From: Candidatus Saccharimonadota bacterium | GTDB lineage: Bacteria > Patescibacteriota > Saccharimonadia > Saccharimonadales > Saccharimonadaceae | NCBI RefSeq assembly: GCF_025273655.1 | Contig: NZ_CP045921.1 | Location: forward strand, 120,001-152,000 | Reading direction: 5' to 3' | DNA length: 32,000 bases | Part shown: positions 14,958 to 23,401 of the stretch, one piece after another | Layout of the letters: every line of letters begins with the position of its first letter | Position numbering within the stretch: position 1 is the stretch's first letter | Translations under genes and position numbers: made by a program | The notes under the pieces: generated by a model | Told to the model about the DNA's origin: nothing | Database searches by the model: none | What the model saw: only the letters and a program-made list of their open reading frames with translations

Positions 14958-15887
14958 ATGACACAAGAAACCCCGCAGCCGTTAATCCGGCTGGAGCACG
15001 TGACGAAACGCTACCGTAAATTTAAAGCAGTCGACGATGTGACTTTCGACGTGGCCTCGGGTGAAGTAATTGGTTTTGTAGGTGAAAACGGCGCTGGCAA
15101 GACAACCACGATCAGTATGTTACTTGGATTTATCTCGCCAAATCATGGTACTATCTCTGTCTTTGGCCAGCCTGTAACGCCAGCAAATGCGCATGTGTCG
15201 CATGCACGTATTGGCTATGCTGCCGGTGACATGGAGCTGCCCGAATCAATGACTGGGCGGCAATACATCAAATTTGTGATGACTCAGTCTGGTGGCAAAA
15301 AGCATGCCAAGCGCTATGAAGAGCTCTATAAGATTTTTAAACCACAGCTGGACAAAAAGATCAGCTCGCTATCGCGCGGCAACAAGCAAAAGATAGCGCT
15401 GGTGGCAGCTCTCGTGACACAGCCACAGCTGATCGTGCTCGATGAGCCAACCAGCGGGCTGGACCCCGTGATGCAAGAGGCGTTCCTGGAGACAATCCGA
15501 GACGAATCGGCCCGCGGCACAACTATATTTATGTCGTCGCACTATTTGCAGGAAGTAGCGGAAGTCTGTACGCGCGTGCTACTTATGAAAGAGGGCAAAG
15601 TCGTCGAAGATCTGACACAGATTGACCTAGCTGCACGAGCCGGCAAGACGGTGATGCTACAGACACGTACCGAAGCGCAGGCGCCCAAACATGCCACGGC
15701 TGTTGAGACGAAACGAGTAGGTGAATTGTATGAGTTGAGTTTTAGCTACACTGGTCATGTAGATGCGCTGCTAGCGTGGGTAGCTGAGCAAAAAAACGTG
15801 GCCGATATCGAGATTACCGAACGTACACTCGAAGAAGAGTTTAAACATATCTACAACGACAAGAAACCGGAGACCGACGATGAATAG
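14958..15887 (+). CDS. ABC transporter ATP-binding protein (ABC-2 exporter type)
   Basis: Walker A GENGAGKTTT, signature LSRGNKQKIAL, Walker B LIVLDEPTSGLD. The start is ATG 14958 (preferred) or GTG 14949. Confidence 0.9.
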   Translation: MTQETPQPLIRLEHVTKRYRKFKAVDDVTFDVASGEVIGFVGENGAGKTTTISMLLGFISPNHGTISVFGQPVTPANAHVSHARIGYAAGDMELPESMTGRQYIKFVMTQSGGKKHAKRYEELYKIFKPQLDKKISSLSRGNKQKIALVAALVTQPQLIVLDEPTSGLDPVMQEAFLETIRDESARGTTIFMSSHYLQEVAEVCTRVLLMKEGKVVEDLTQIDLAARAGKTVMLQTRTEAQAPKHATAVETKRVGELYELSFSYTGHVDALLAWVAEQKNVADIEITERTLEEEFKHIYNDKKPETDDE

Positions 15888-16674
15888 CGTATTACTCAAA
15901 ACTCTCTGGGATCGCCGATGGTTTACATTGGGTTGGACACTCGGATTTACGGCGTTTGCAGCGCTTATGACAAGCTTCTACCCGGCCATGCATCAGGATG
16001 GCGCGCTAGATTCGCTAGTAGCAAATATGCCAAAGGCGTTTGAAGGTTTGATTGGCAATCTGACGTACTTGAAATCGTTTGATACCTACCTGGCGTCGCA
16101 GCTGTTCGATATTCGCTTGCCACTCATCGCCGGCATCATGGCGATTATATTGGCACAGGGGATTAGTACCAACGAAGAGCGCAGTGGTGAGCTGCGCTCA
16201 GTGCTGGCGCTGCCGATTAGCCGCACGCGTCTATTGCTCGAGAAATGGGTGGCGCTTCTTATTATCACGCTAGTGGCAGTGGTTGGTCTGGGTGTGGGTA
16301 TTTATATCACTGTACCGGTGACGACAGGTGCTGAGTTGGAATTTACGGCATTTTTGAAACTAGGTTTGATGACGTGGCTACTTATGGTGACATATGGTAC
16401 TGTTGCGTTCGCCATAGGCATGATGACGGGTAACAAAGGCGTGACGTCGCTCGTGAGTATATTGGTGATTATCGGCAGTTTCATCTTATCGACATTTGGT
16501 AGCGTAGTGGACTGGCTAGCGGATTACGAGAAATTTTCGCTCATCCACTATTTCCCGGCGACCGATATAGTGCAGTATGGCATCGCGAAAAAAGATGTGT
16601 TGGTGCTGCTACTCGTGACAGTGATTATGCTCGTGGCGGCGTGGGCGGTGTTTCGCCGACGCAATGTACGCTAG
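15880..16674 (+). CDS. ABC-2 family transporter permease
   Basis: 264 aa with about 6 hydrophobic helices. 8-nt overlap with the upstream ATPase gene. Confidence 0.75.
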   Translation: MNSVLLKTLWDRRWFTLGWTLGFTAFAALMTSFYPAMHQDGALDSLVANMPKAFEGLIGNLTYLKSFDTYLASQLFDIRLPLIAGIMAIILAQGISTNEERSGELRSVLALPISRTRLLLEKWVALLIITLVAVVGLGVGIYITVPVTTGAELEFTAFLKLGLMTWLLMVTYGTVAFAIGMMTGNKGVTSLVSILVIIGSFILSTFGSVVDWLADYEKFSLIHYFPATDIVQYGIAKKDVLVLLLVTVIMLVAAWAVFRRRNVR

Positions 16675-16680
16675 TTTGGA

Positions 16681-17268
16681 TTACGCGTCTACTGCAAATC
16701 TGAGGTAGTGAGCGAGCGGCAGAGAAACCTGAAAATTGGCTAGGTCATATACTTCAGCAGCACCTGGTTGAGTGTCGGATACTCTCGTAAGTTTGCCCGC
16801 CTGTAGTGTAATCACTCCAGACAATGTCTGGTCGTCAACTGGAATCTTACCATCACCACTCACTGCGAGACATTCGATGGTTGGCACGGGGAAGATACAC
16901 GGGTCTAAGATTAATCCTGTGATTACATCACCCTCATATATTTGCTCAGCTCCCATGATGACGCCGTCGTCGTCTGCCAGGAACATCATACCAGTGCCAC
17001 ATGCTTTGATGGCAAGACCGTGGAGTTCGGGTACCTGGTTGAACTCGTAGCGGCAGTAGGCATTGACTCGTTCAATCACTTGTTGCTGTTCCGTGTCGTC
17101 GAGCTCGAATACTGGCTTTGGGAGTTGGCGTGTTTGATCCAAGGCAATAGTAGTCAGTGTACGTAGGAAGCCGTATAGTTCTTCACTCCGGTTGGTTTCG
17201 TGCCGAAGTGCACCTCGATCTGTCTCGAAGCTATCGTGAGTGTCATGTGCGGTGAAGTGATTTGTCAT
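16681..17268 (-). CDS. Hypothetical acidic cytoplasmic protein
   Basis: 195 aa, with no signal peptide or TM and no motif I recognise. It is convergent with the permease, with only a 6-bp gap. Confidence 0.6.
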   Translation of the reverse strand: MTNHFTAHDTHDSFETDRGALRHETNRSEELYGFLRTLTTIALDQTRQLPKPVFELDDTEQQQVIERVNAYCRYEFNQVPELHGLAIKACGTGMMFLADDDGVIMGAEQIYEGDVITGLILDPCIFPVPTIECLAVSGDGKIPVDDQTLSGVITLQAGKLTRVSDTQPGAAEVYDLANFQVSLPLAHYLRFAVDA

Positions 17269-17329
17269 AGTAGTGAATTTGCGGACTCCAGGGTGTACTG
17301 TTTTGTACGCCCCGGAGTCCTGTTGGAAG

Positions 17330-17503
17330 TCACCATGTCCATCGAGGGGGAGGTGCGACCCACCCCAGATGCCCTTCGCTACGCATACGCTCGTTGCGAG
17401 CTTCTCGCGTAGCTTTGGTGGCTTCTCGACGCTCCGCTCGTTTGCGGCGGCGCTTCCTGATTTCGCCCCGCTGTTTGGCGTTGGGCTTACCCTTTGGTCT
17501 CAT
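17330..17503 (-). CDS. Hypothetical small highly basic protein (57 aa)
   Basis: MRPKGKPNAKQRGEIRKRRRKRAERREATKATREARNERMRSEGHLGWVAPPPRWTW. ATG preceded by GAGAGGAAAC. It lies 61 nt upstream of, and co-oriented with, the 195-aa gene. Confidence 0.45.
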   Translation of the reverse strand: MRPKGKPNAKQRGEIRKRRRKRAERREATKATREARNERMRSEGHLGWVAPPPRWTW

Positions 17504-17575
17504 GAGTTTCCTCTCTCTCGGGGTTGGGGCTATTGTAGCTCTCGCGGGTGTCGGAGGCAAGCATAAGTGTGTGAG

Positions 17576-17584
17576 TGGTATAAT
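17576..17584 (+). promoter_or_regulatory. Extended -10 promoter TGgTATAAT for the ASCH gene
   Basis: TATAAT 17579-17584, with ATG 17592 exactly 7 nt downstream. This implies a leaderless transcript and rules out the long 17394 ORF start. Confidence 0.5.
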
Positions 17585-17591
17585 GACCTGC

Positions 17592-17969
17592 ATGACAATC
17601 TGGGAATCCGGTCGTGAATCAAAATTGCTCGATGATATCATCGCTGGCCGTAAGACGGTGGAGGGCCGTCTGAAGCGGGGCAAATTTGCTCAATATTGCG
17701 TGGGAGATATTATCAAACTGCGCCGGGATATTCGCGATCAAGACGGCGTACTCTGCGACGGCGAGCTGGATCAGGCTCGAGTGAAAATCGTGGTAATACG
17801 TGAGTATCCCAATTTCTTGAGTCTATGCCAAGCCGAAGGCTATAGACGCGTTATTCCGCATGCTGCGTCCGTCGTTGAAGCGGCCGATGAGTACAATAAA
17901 TATTACTCTACTAACGAGCAAGTGGATTGTGGAGTGCTGGCGGTAGAAATCAGAACAGTGCACTGTTAA
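17592..17969 (+). CDS. ASCH domain protein
   Basis: 125 aa. LLDDIIAGRKTVEGRLKRGKF..Y.VGDIIKL resembles the ASCH beta-barrel N-terminus. The alternative ATG 17583 overlaps the -10 box. Confidence 0.6.
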   Translation: MTIWESGRESKLLDDIIAGRKTVEGRLKRGKFAQYCVGDIIKLRRDIRDQDGVLCDGELDQARVKIVVIREYPNFLSLCQAEGYRRVIPHAASVVEAADEYNKYYSTNEQVDCGVLAVEIRTVHC

Positions 17970-18140
17970 TGCGTAACATGAAGTTCTTAGCCCTACGCTT
18001 TGTCGCGTGACGCGCAGTTTGTTTATCGGAAGCTACCTGTGATATAAAAGTGATATCTATATAAGGGGGCGTTATACGCTCTTTTTTATAGATTAGAGAT
18101 TCCTACATGGACAGTGAACTTCGACAGAAATGGTGAAACA

Positions 18141-18665
18141 ATGAGATATTGTGTGGTGGTTACGGTAGTCGTGGCCTTCATATGCACAGTAACTGGCTGT
18201 AGTGGTGGCGCGACTGCGCCATCGACTACCACGATTGTGGTGACAAGTGTGACCGAGACGAAAGTGGAAACATCAACGACAGTCGCGACCTCAACTATTG
18301 TCGTAGCACCGTTGCCTACATCTCGCACAAATACCTCAGCGGCGAGTGCCGATGGGCGAGGCTTTACTACTGGCTACGCACGATGTGACTCCGGTGATGT
18401 GGCTGTGGCAATTCTCATCACAACCGCACATGACGGCGGCTCAAGGGTGGTGATTTGTCGTAGCGGCGTCGTGCTTTATTACAGAGGTGAGCGTAGTGGT
18501 CGAGGAATTACGATAGGTGAGGTGTTCAATACTCCACACGATCAGTACGTGGCTACTACGAGTGACAACTATGCTTATGTGGTGCAGTCAGGTGGACTGA
18601 CTATCTCACGTGACAATGTCGTCATCGCCGAAGAACCTGCTGTCATGTGGGTGCAGCGCAACTGA
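18141..18665 (+). CDS. Putative lipoprotein, unknown function
   Basis: 174 aa from ATG 18141. Lipobox VAFICTVTG/C. Thr/Val-rich linker followed by a globular C-terminal part. Confidence 0.7.
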   Translation: MRYCVVVTVVVAFICTVTGCSGGATAPSTTTIVVTSVTETKVETSTTVATSTIVVAPLPTSRTNTSAASADGRGFTTGYARCDSGDVAVAILITTAHDGGSRVVICRSGVVLYYRGERSGRGITIGEVFNTPHDQYVATTSDNYAYVVQSGGLTISRDNVVIAEEPAVMWVQRN

Positions 18666-18697
18666 TGTTAGACTGAACGCGCGTGCTTCTTTCAACC

Positions 18698-18733
18698 CCC
18701 GCAGTCCGGAAATGGCCTGCGGGCTATTTTCTT
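18698..18733 (+). terminator. Rho-independent terminator after the lipoprotein gene
   Basis: cccgcag...ctgcggg stem followed by ctattttctt. Confidence 0.6.
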
Positions 18734-18874
18734 GCATGAGTCTATCTGTAGCAATCATGCGCCAGGCACGATATAATGGAAGAGTATTAATAGCGGACGG
18801 TGATAGAGATAAAAGTTTACAGTCCTGAACTTTTTCCCCTGTTACTCTCCGCACAACCAAGAAGGGAGTAGAAT

Positions 18875-20986
18875 ATGTCTACTATCAATCCAAATGGCAA
18901 AGAAATTATCTCTGTCAGTACTGAGCTGGCCGGCAAGACGCTGACACTCGAAGTCAACCGCGTCGGGTTCCGCACCACTGCGAGTGTACTTGTAAAATAC
19001 GGTGACACCGTAGTGCTCGGTACGACGCAAATCGGCAGCCGCCCGGTCAAGCTCGATTATTTCCCACTCAGTGTGGATTATGAAGAAAAAATGTATGCAG
19101 CTGGCAAAATTAGTGGCAGCCGCTTCATCAAACGCGAAGGTCGCCCGAGTGACGAAGCCATCCTGATTGGTCGCATTATCGATCGACCGATTCGTCCACT
19201 GTTTCCAAAAGGCTTCCGTGCCGAAGTGCAGGTGGTGGCGAGCGTCCTTAGTATGGACCCAAGCTTCCGCCCAGACATGGTGGCGATGATCGCTGCGAGC
19301 TCAGCTCTCTCTATCAGCGGCGCACCGTTTGACGGCCCAGTGGCTGGTCTGCGCGTGGGTCGCGTCAATGGTGAGTTCAAAGCATTCCTGAGTCCGGAAG
19401 AACGCGAGCAGAGCGACCTCGACCTCGTGGTAGCTGGCATCGAAAGCGGTGTCGTGATGGTAGAGGCAGGTGCTGACCAAGTTGACGAGGAAGTCGTGAT
19501 CGACGCGATCGCGTGGGCTCACGAAGCTATGCAGCCGGCGATTGCCCTGCAGAAAGAATTGGCCGCCAAGGTTGCCAAAGAGGCCATGGAGTATGAACTC
19601 GTGCTGCCAAACGAAGCTATCCAGACAGAGGTAGACGAGTGGACTCACGAGAAGCTTGGTACCAAACTCCACCGTCCATACCCGGAGCGCAACGAAATGG
19701 TCAACGAACTGCGTTGGAGCTTCCACGAAGAGATGACTACCAAGCACGGCGACGAGTATGAAGCACTGCACGACGAATACGACGAAGCGTTCACAATGTC
19801 GCTCCACAAAGACGTGCGCCGCGGTATTGTAGAATCACAGACGCGTCCAGACGGACGCAAGCTCGACGAGATTCGCCCACTCAGTAGCGAAGTGGGTATA
19901 TTGCCACGCACACACGGTTCAAGCATCTTCACCCGTGGTGTCACGCAGGGCATGAACATTGTCACGCTGGCGCCACTGAGCTACGCGCAAATCGTCGACA
20001 CGATGGAAGTGAGCGACGGCGAACGTCGCTACATGCACCACTACAATGCCCCTGGCTACACGGTTGGTGAAGTGCGTCGCCTTGGTAGTCCAGGCCGTCG
20101 CGAAATTGGCCATGGCTACTTGGCGGAGCGTGCTGTACTGCCAGTCCTGCCGACTGAGGAAGAGTTTCCATATGCTATCCGCAGTGTGACAGAAATAATG
20201 AGCCAAAATGGTTCAACATCGATGGCCGCCACCTGCTCGAGCGTGTTAGCGCTCATGGATGCTGGCGTGCCAATCAAGGCGCCGGTGTCCGGTATCGCCA
20301 TGGGATTGATGATGGACGGTGAAACACCGTACGTGCTGAGTGACATCGCCGATGCCGAAGACTTCGCGGGTGATATGGATTTCAAGGTAACAGGTACTGC
20401 CAAGGGCATTACCGCCGTGCAGATGGACATGAAGTTGCATGGACTGCCGGTAGAAGTATTAGCGCAGGCTATTCGCACCTCCACACCAGGTCGCGCACAT
20501 ATCCTCGAGCACATGCTCACGACACTGGCGGCACCTAAGCCAACACTGAGCCCATATGCACCGCGTATTGAGAAGATTAAGATCAACCCAGATAAGATCG
20601 GTGCGGTGATAGGCAAGGGCGGTGAAGTGATCAACAAGATTACCGCCGAGACCGGTGCCATGATCGATATCAAAGAGGACGGCTTAATCACTGTAGCTGC
20701 TGCTGATACCAAGAACATTGAAAAGGCACTCGACTGGATCCGTAGTCTTACCGAGGAACCAGAAGTGGGTCGTATCTACGAAGGCAAGGTTGTGACAATC
20801 AAAGACTTCGGCGCATTTGTGAACATCCTGCCTGGTATTGATGGCATGGTACACATCTCGCAGCTCAGTGATAGTAGAGTCGAAAATGTGACGGATGTAC
20901 TAAGCGAAGGTCAGATAGTGAAGGTGAAGCTGACTGGTATCGATGAGCGCGGACGCTTGAGTCTTTCGGTTAAGGACGCAGAGTAA
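18875..20986 (+). CDS. pnp: Polyribonucleotide nucleotidyltransferase (PNPase)
   Basis: 703 aa. Two RNase PH-like domains, a KH region (IGAVIGKGGEVINKI) and an S1 domain (GKVVTIKDFGAFVNILPGIDGMVHISQL). SD AAGGGAG. Confidence 0.97.
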   Translation: MSTINPNGKEIISVSTELAGKTLTLEVNRVGFRTTASVLVKYGDTVVLGTTQIGSRPVKLDYFPLSVDYEEKMYAAGKISGSRFIKREGRPSDEAILIGRIIDRPIRPLFPKGFRAEVQVVASVLSMDPSFRPDMVAMIAASSALSISGAPFDGPVAGLRVGRVNGEFKAFLSPEEREQSDLDLVVAGIESGVVMVEAGADQVDEEVVIDAIAWAHEAMQPAIALQKELAAKVAKEAMEYELVLPNEAIQTEVDEWTHEKLGTKLHRPYPERNEMVNELRWSFHEEMTTKHGDEYEALHDEYDEAFTMSLHKDVRRGIVESQTRPDGRKLDEIRPLSSEVGILPRTHGSSIFTRGVTQGMNIVTLAPLSYAQIVDTMEVSDGERRYMHHYNAPGYTVGEVRRLGSPGRREIGHGYLAERAVLPVLPTEEEFPYAIRSVTEIMSQNGSTSMAATCSSVLALMDAGVPIKAPVSGIAMGLMMDGETPYVLSDIADAEDFAGDMDFKVTGTAKGITAVQMDMKLHGLPVEVLAQAIRTSTPGRAHILEHMLTTLAAPKPTLSPYAPRIEKIKINPDKIGAVIGKGGEVINKITAETGAMIDIKEDGLITVAAADTKNIEKALDWIRSLTEEPEVGRIYEGKVVTIKDFGAFVNILPGIDGMVHISQLSDSRVENVTDVLSEGQIVKVKLTGIDERGRLSLSVKDAE

Positions 20987-21000
20987 TCGGTTTATCCCGC

Positions 21001-21032
21001 AAAAATCCCGCTCATATTCGTGAGCGGGATTT
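21001..21032. terminator. Bidirectional rho-independent terminator (pnp / histidine kinase)
   Basis: aaaatcccgctca-tattcg-tgagcgggatttt. Perfect stem with flanking A- and T-runs. Confidence 0.8.
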
Positions 21033-21034
21033 TG

Positions 21035-22198
21035 CTACTTTAACCACGGCCACTTTTTGGTTTTAGGCTGGGTTGAATCTGATGCCTGGTCAGGAAGTTT
21101 GACGTGTTTCACGCCCTGTGCCTGGTCAGTAAGTTGCTGTTGCATAGCCGCTTGGCGCTCTGGTGTAGCGATGTCGAGGGTGAAGCTGAAGGTGGAACCT
21201 TGACCGAGCGTGGATTGTTTGAGATAAATATCCCCGCCCATGTGGTGCATGATAAGCTTTGTAATGTAGAGCCCGAGCCCAGTGCTTTTAGATGAGTCGC
21301 CGCGAAGTGGATTATTGGATGTTTGGAAGAATTTGCCAAAGAGAGACGCTTGTTCTTCTGGTGGGATACCCGCACCGCTGTCTGTCACGGAAACTTCGAT
21401 CATGGTGGGACTCGCGGCAAGCGAGATAGTTATGCTACCAGCTTGAGTGAATTTGATAGCATTGCTCACAAGATTGGTCAGGACTTCACGCACCTTGGCT
21501 GGGTCGCCGACGACAGGGTAGCCAAGTAACTCAGACTGTTGCACGGAGAGGGCAAGATTACGCTGCTGTACGAGCACTGTGAGTGGTTGTACAGCTTCTG
21601 TGATAAGCGCGCCAATTTGTACGACCTGGAGATCAAACGTCGCGCGGCCATCTTCAAGTCGAGCCATCTCCAGGATGCTGTTTACCATATTGAGTACATC
21701 TTCGCTGCCGCTACGCACGAAACCGATGAGCTGCCTTGGCACTTCTTCAGCAAAGAGCTGGCTGAAATCTTCTTGGAGTAGTGATGCGTTGCCACGCACA
21801 GCAGTAAGCGGCGTGCGGAGTTCGTGGACGAGGGCAGGGATAAGCTTGGCGCTTTGATCACTTGATTTATCGTGAATAGAGAGCAGCCGTCCGAGAAGCT
21901 TACTCTGTTCGTCGAAGATCGGGGACAAGTAGACTGACAGATGTGATTCGTGTACGTCGAGATCTCCAAAGTTGCAGGTTAACCGGTTAGGTCCACAATG
22001 GATGACGTGTTCCATGAACTGTGTGTGCTGTGGCAATACACTTGCGATTTCGTGCAGATCCGTCGGTTCGCCTTGAACTCCAAGAAGCTGTCTTGCTTTA
22101 TCATTGATGCGTGTAATTTTATACTGATTATCAGCAATAATCACTCCGTAGTCGAGGTAATCCGTGGAGCGGGCGAGTGTATCAAGTATTGTGCTCAT
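21035..22198 (-). CDS. Cytoplasmic sensor histidine kinase (PAS-like N-terminus, HisKA, HATPase_c)
   Basis: 387 aa. H-box LVHELRTPLTAV. N, G1 and G2 boxes NLVSNAIKF, DSGAGI, GLGLYITK. No TM segment. Confidence 0.9.
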   Translation of the reverse strand: MSTILDTLARSTDYLDYGVIIADNQYKITRINDKARQLLGVQGEPTDLHEIASVLPQHTQFMEHVIHCGPNRLTCNFGDLDVHESHLSVYLSPIFDEQSKLLGRLLSIHDKSSDQSAKLIPALVHELRTPLTAVRGNASLLQEDFSQLFAEEVPRQLIGFVRSGSEDVLNMVNSILEMARLEDGRATFDLQVVQIGALITEAVQPLTVLVQQRNLALSVQQSELLGYPVVGDPAKVREVLTNLVSNAIKFTQAGSITISLAASPTMIEVSVTDSGAGIPPEEQASLFGKFFQTSNNPLRGDSSKSTGLGLYITKLIMHHMGGDIYLKQSTLGQGSTFSFTLDIATPERQAAMQQQLTDQAQGVKHVKLPDQASDSTQPKTKKWPWLK

Positions 22199-22208
22199 GC
22201 TTGTTGGT

Positions 22209-22214
22209 AGTATA
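22209..22214 (-). promoter_or_regulatory. TATACT -10 box (minus strand), 10 nt upstream of the histidine kinase ATG
   Basis: The minus strand reads cttATACTaccaacaagcATG, with TATACT spanning 22214 to 22209. Confidence 0.35.
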
Positions 22215-22251
22215 AGCTACTCATACGAGAGTCGCAAACGAGCAAATCTAG

Positions 22252-22257
22252 TATACT
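22252..22257 (+). promoter_or_regulatory. TATACT -10 box, 9 nt upstream of the UDG ATG
   Basis: tctagTATACTtgatcatatATG. Confidence 0.35.
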
Positions 22258-22266
22258 TGATCATAT

Positions 22267-22839
22267 ATGGATACACTATCGACGCTCGATGAGCTGCGGC
22301 AACAGTTACTTACACAAAAAATCTGTCCCAATCTGGCGGCGAGTGCGACACAACTAGTAATGGGCGATGGTAACCCGGATGCTGATATTGTGTTTGTTGG
22401 AGAAGCACCAGGTAAGGCAGAGGACGAACAGGGGTTGCCATTTGTAGGGGCAAGCGGGCGTTTTCTGAACGAGATGCTCGAAGCGGCAGGGCTAGTGCGC
22501 AGAGATGTGTACATCACAAATATCGTGAAGTATCGACCGCCAAATAACCGTGACCCCACACCGGAAGAAAAGCGCGAATTTTGGCCATATCTCATGCGCC
22601 AGCTCGAAATTATCAATCCAAAAGTCGTCATTACCCTGGGGCGACACAGTGGAATGTGCTTTATCCCGGATCTGCATATTTCGCGTGACCATGGTCATGC
22701 ACGCAAGGTGAAATATCGTGAACATGAATTCCTCGTGATACCGCTCTATCATCCTGCGGCAGCATTGTATAACGGCGGGATGCGGCAGACGCTCATAGAT
22801 GACTTTTTGGCAGCGGCGAAGCTGGCAGAAACCACCTAG
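22267..22839 (+). CDS. Uracil-DNA glycosylase, family 4-type
   Basis: 190 aa. Motif A VGEAPG..ED and PFVG.SG. C-terminal HP motif (LYHPAA). Confidence 0.85.
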   Translation: MDTLSTLDELRQQLLTQKICPNLAASATQLVMGDGNPDADIVFVGEAPGKAEDEQGLPFVGASGRFLNEMLEAAGLVRRDVYITNIVKYRPPNNRDPTPEEKREFWPYLMRQLEIINPKVVITLGRHSGMCFIPDLHISRDHGHARKVKYREHEFLVIPLYHPAAALYNGGMRQTLIDDFLAAAKLAETT

Positions 22840-22849
22840 AAATGAAGCA

Positions 22850-22879
22850 CCCGGCACATCACTGGTTGTGATGGCCGGG
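22850..22879. terminator. Hairpin between the convergent UDG and 126-aa genes
   Basis: cccggc-a-catcac-tggtt-gtgatg-gccggg (12 bp with one bulge). The U-rich flank is on the minus strand only. Confidence 0.45.
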
Positions 22880-22886
22880 ATGGAGC

Positions 22887-23267
22887 CTAGATGATCGTGC
22901 AGGGAAGAGGCAATGTGAGGCCGTACTTCGCGAACAGCGCGTCCATCGCTTTGCTGCGCGGAATGGACTTGGCGCAGCGCAGGTGAATGTACTCTGCCAG
23001 TGCCTCTTCGACATGATCGAGGAACTTGTCGGCGTCGTAGAGCGCCTGGGTGAGGACTTCGAGCTCTTCCATTGAACCGCCGGCACGCTTGAGCCGCTGG
23101 TGCTCGCTGGCTGGAAGCGGCAGTGTGAGCGCCAGTAGTACATCTGCGTGCGTAAACTCGATGTCACGCAGCGCGAAGTACTCTTCGAAACGCACGGGAT
23201 TGTCGAGCTGGGTGCATACGCGTCGTAGCTCACAGATCTCCTGGTAGTTCAAGCCATACTCGGGCAT
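22887..23267 (-). CDS. Hypothetical helical protein
   Basis: 126 aa. Strong SD (AGGAG, 5-nt spacing). No recognisable domain. Confidence 0.6.
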   Translation of the reverse strand: MPEYGLNYQEICELRRVCTQLDNPVRFEEYFALRDIEFTHADVLLALTLPLPASEHQRLKRAGGSMEELEVLTQALYDADKFLDHVEEALAEYIHLRCAKSIPRSKAMDALFAKYGLTLPLPCTII

Positions 23268-23372
23268 GATATCTCCTAGATGTAGGGTGGGCTCTATCTG
23301 GAAATAGCTGGCTGCTAACCTCAGATATATTATATATTATACGCTAAAAATCAATAAAAGTCAATATCATGC

Positions 23373-23401
23373 TTGACTTCTTAAGCTTCGTCTGCTATCA
23401 T
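23373..23401 (+). promoter_or_regulatory. Near-consensus promoter TTGACT-17-TGcTATCAT upstream of RNase J
   Basis: -35 at 23373-23378 and -10 at 23396-23401, with an A/T-rich UP-like tract at 23320-23370. It predicts a 5' UTR of about 125 nt. Confidence 0.6.

Noticed and set aside
17273-17591. Plus-strand ORFs 17273-17566 (97 aa) and the 17394 start of the ASCH ORF
   Set aside because: The ASCH homology begins near residue 67 of the long ORF. A TGgTATAAT box at 17576-17584 would place the TSS after the long-form start. The region is better explained by the minus-strand basic ORF, which has an SD. The 97-aa ORF has no start context.
18039-18063. Direct repeat gtgatat (18039-18045 and 18050-18056, 11 bp apart) followed by a TATATAAG box upstream of the lipoprotein gene
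   Set aside because: It could be an operator, but a 7-bp repeat in an AT-rich intergenic region is within chance expectation, and nothing else supports it.
20116-20718. 200-aa minus-strand ORF (and several shorter ones at 19078-20440) inside pnp
   Set aside because: These are antisense to a fully conserved PNPase reading frame. Their composition (S/A/I/P-rich) is typical of shadow frames.
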